NCBI GenBank assembly: GCA_006226375.1
Contig: SBHC01000009.1
Location: 14,527-78,526 of the forward strand
Length of the DNA: 64,000 nucleotides
From: Deltaproteobacteria bacterium
Lineage (GTDB): Bacteria; Myxococcota_C; UBA6777
Direction of reading: 5' to 3'
A model generated the notes under the pieces. The model had not been told where the DNA came from and made no database searches. It worked only from the letters and a program-made list of their open reading frames with translations. A program made the position numbers and the translations under genes. This document shows, piece after piece, positions 63,623 through 64,000 of this stretch. The first letter of the stretch is position 1, and each line of letters opens with the position of its first letter.

Positions 63623-63857
63623 TCCACCATCTATTGTAGGAGAAGATGGCTCCAAAGCAGGAGCTTTCTTCTCTTTGGGTTCTTCGTAACTCCTCATTGT
63701 ACCTTTGCGGGACAAACGTTATGCCTTTCTATAGTGCTCTTCGGCTTGCAAATCAATGGCATCCCCAAAGATCCACAAAGAATGAGAAGCACTGCGAAGG
63801 ATGCAAGACCTTGCTCACCGAGAGCCTTCGCGATAGCAAAGAAAGGAGACAGAGACT

Positions 63858-64000
63858 CTACGACTGGCCGATACGAAACGGTCCCAGGGTGCTCCATGGC
63901 GTGGGTTGTTCTTCAGCGGCTCCACCTCCCACACCGACAGCTTGCGACGGCATCAAACTATCCAAGGCCGCCGCAATCGCTGCGATATCAGCCTCGGGTG
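63858..64000 (-). CDS. 3' end of an unidentified gene entering from the right window edge
   Basis: My own translation of the minus strand gives one open frame, ...PEADIAAIAAALDSLMPSQAVGVGGGAAEEQPTPWSTLGPFRIGQS*, with its stop at 63858-63860. The other two frames are closed. It is too short to assign. Confidence 0.3.
   Translation of the reverse strand, partial: PEADIAAIAAALDSLMPSQAVGVGGGAAEEQPTPWSTLGPFRIGQS

Noticed and set aside
63694-63897. 67-aa minus-strand ORF at the right end
   Set aside because: No RBS and no recognisable motif. It lies between the double-C2 gene start and the stop of the partial gene at 63858, which it overlaps out of frame. This is more likely intergenic/promoter DNA.
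1-64000. Mobile element, prophage, genomic island or canonical defence-system content; also tRNA and rRNA genes
   Set aside because: I recognised no integrase, transposase, recombinase, phage structural genes, restriction-modification, toxin-antitoxin pairs or other defence hallmarks in any frame. I saw no tRNA-like T-loop/acceptor patterns. This rests on visual inspection only, so tRNAscan/Infernal and defence-system HMM scans should confirm it.

Overview
Densely coding 64-kb chromosomal window with about 46 CDS on both strands and moderate GC (not computed). By eye I found no rRNA, tRNA, CRISPR array, transposase, integrase or phage genes. The gene content looks Myxococcota/Bdellovibrionota-like, but that is inference only. 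It rests on two Ser/Thr kinases with unusual fusions, a DUF4388 response regulator, Roadblock/LC7 proteins, an FGE-sulfatase fusion, an SBBP/Cys-repeat giant protein, a Bat operon tail and eukaryote-like C2, ankyrin and Tpt1 domains. Layout: (1) 1-5.9 kb is a redox/aerotolerance block: BatD, BatE, a TlpA-like thioredoxin fusion, a small Cas2-like protein, DUF1826, and a membrane redoxin with an in-frame TGA. (2) 5.9-9 kb is a RavA/ViaA-like AAA+/VWA pair. (3) 9-11 kb is a DUF4336-like gene plus an AraC regulator. (4) 11-18.9 kb is one minus-strand signalling array: PAS-GGDEF*-EAL, PAS histidine kinase, protoglobin, Roadblock, ODP-like di-iron protein, REC-DUF4388, OmpA, TM-Roadblock. (5) 19-30.8 kb is mixed: a YkgJ pair, a kinase-cNMP fusion, a C2 lipoprotein, GH20, BON-MscS, small Cys-rich and DUF1328 proteins, DUF2254. 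(6) 31-35.7 kb is a bacteriophytochrome (HWE kinase + REC), a pseudo-receiver OmpR-type regulator and a GAF protein. (7) 36.3-41 kb is a 1554-aa secreted protein with 15 Cys-rich repeats and two SBBP beta-propellers, followed by an unusual 650-bp structured spacer. (8) 41.6-44.7 kb is a divergent class A PBP. (9) 45-54 kb is an OmpA lipoprotein plus a TetR-controlled TolC/MFP/RND efflux locus. (10) 54-64 kb is a beta-helix/ankyrin protein, a kinase-FGE fusion, a PQQ-type propeller lipoprotein, an OMP, KptA and a double-C2 secreted protein. The strongest candidate novelty is the in-frame UGA at the redox Cys of a membrane-anchored peroxiredoxin-like gene, with a SECIS-like hairpin just downstream (candidate selenoprotein). 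The next candidates are the protoglobin/ODP/Roadblock operon, the giant Cys-repeat/SBBP protein with its downstream spacer, and the secreted C2-domain proteins. All family assignments come from motif recognition by eye, not from searches.
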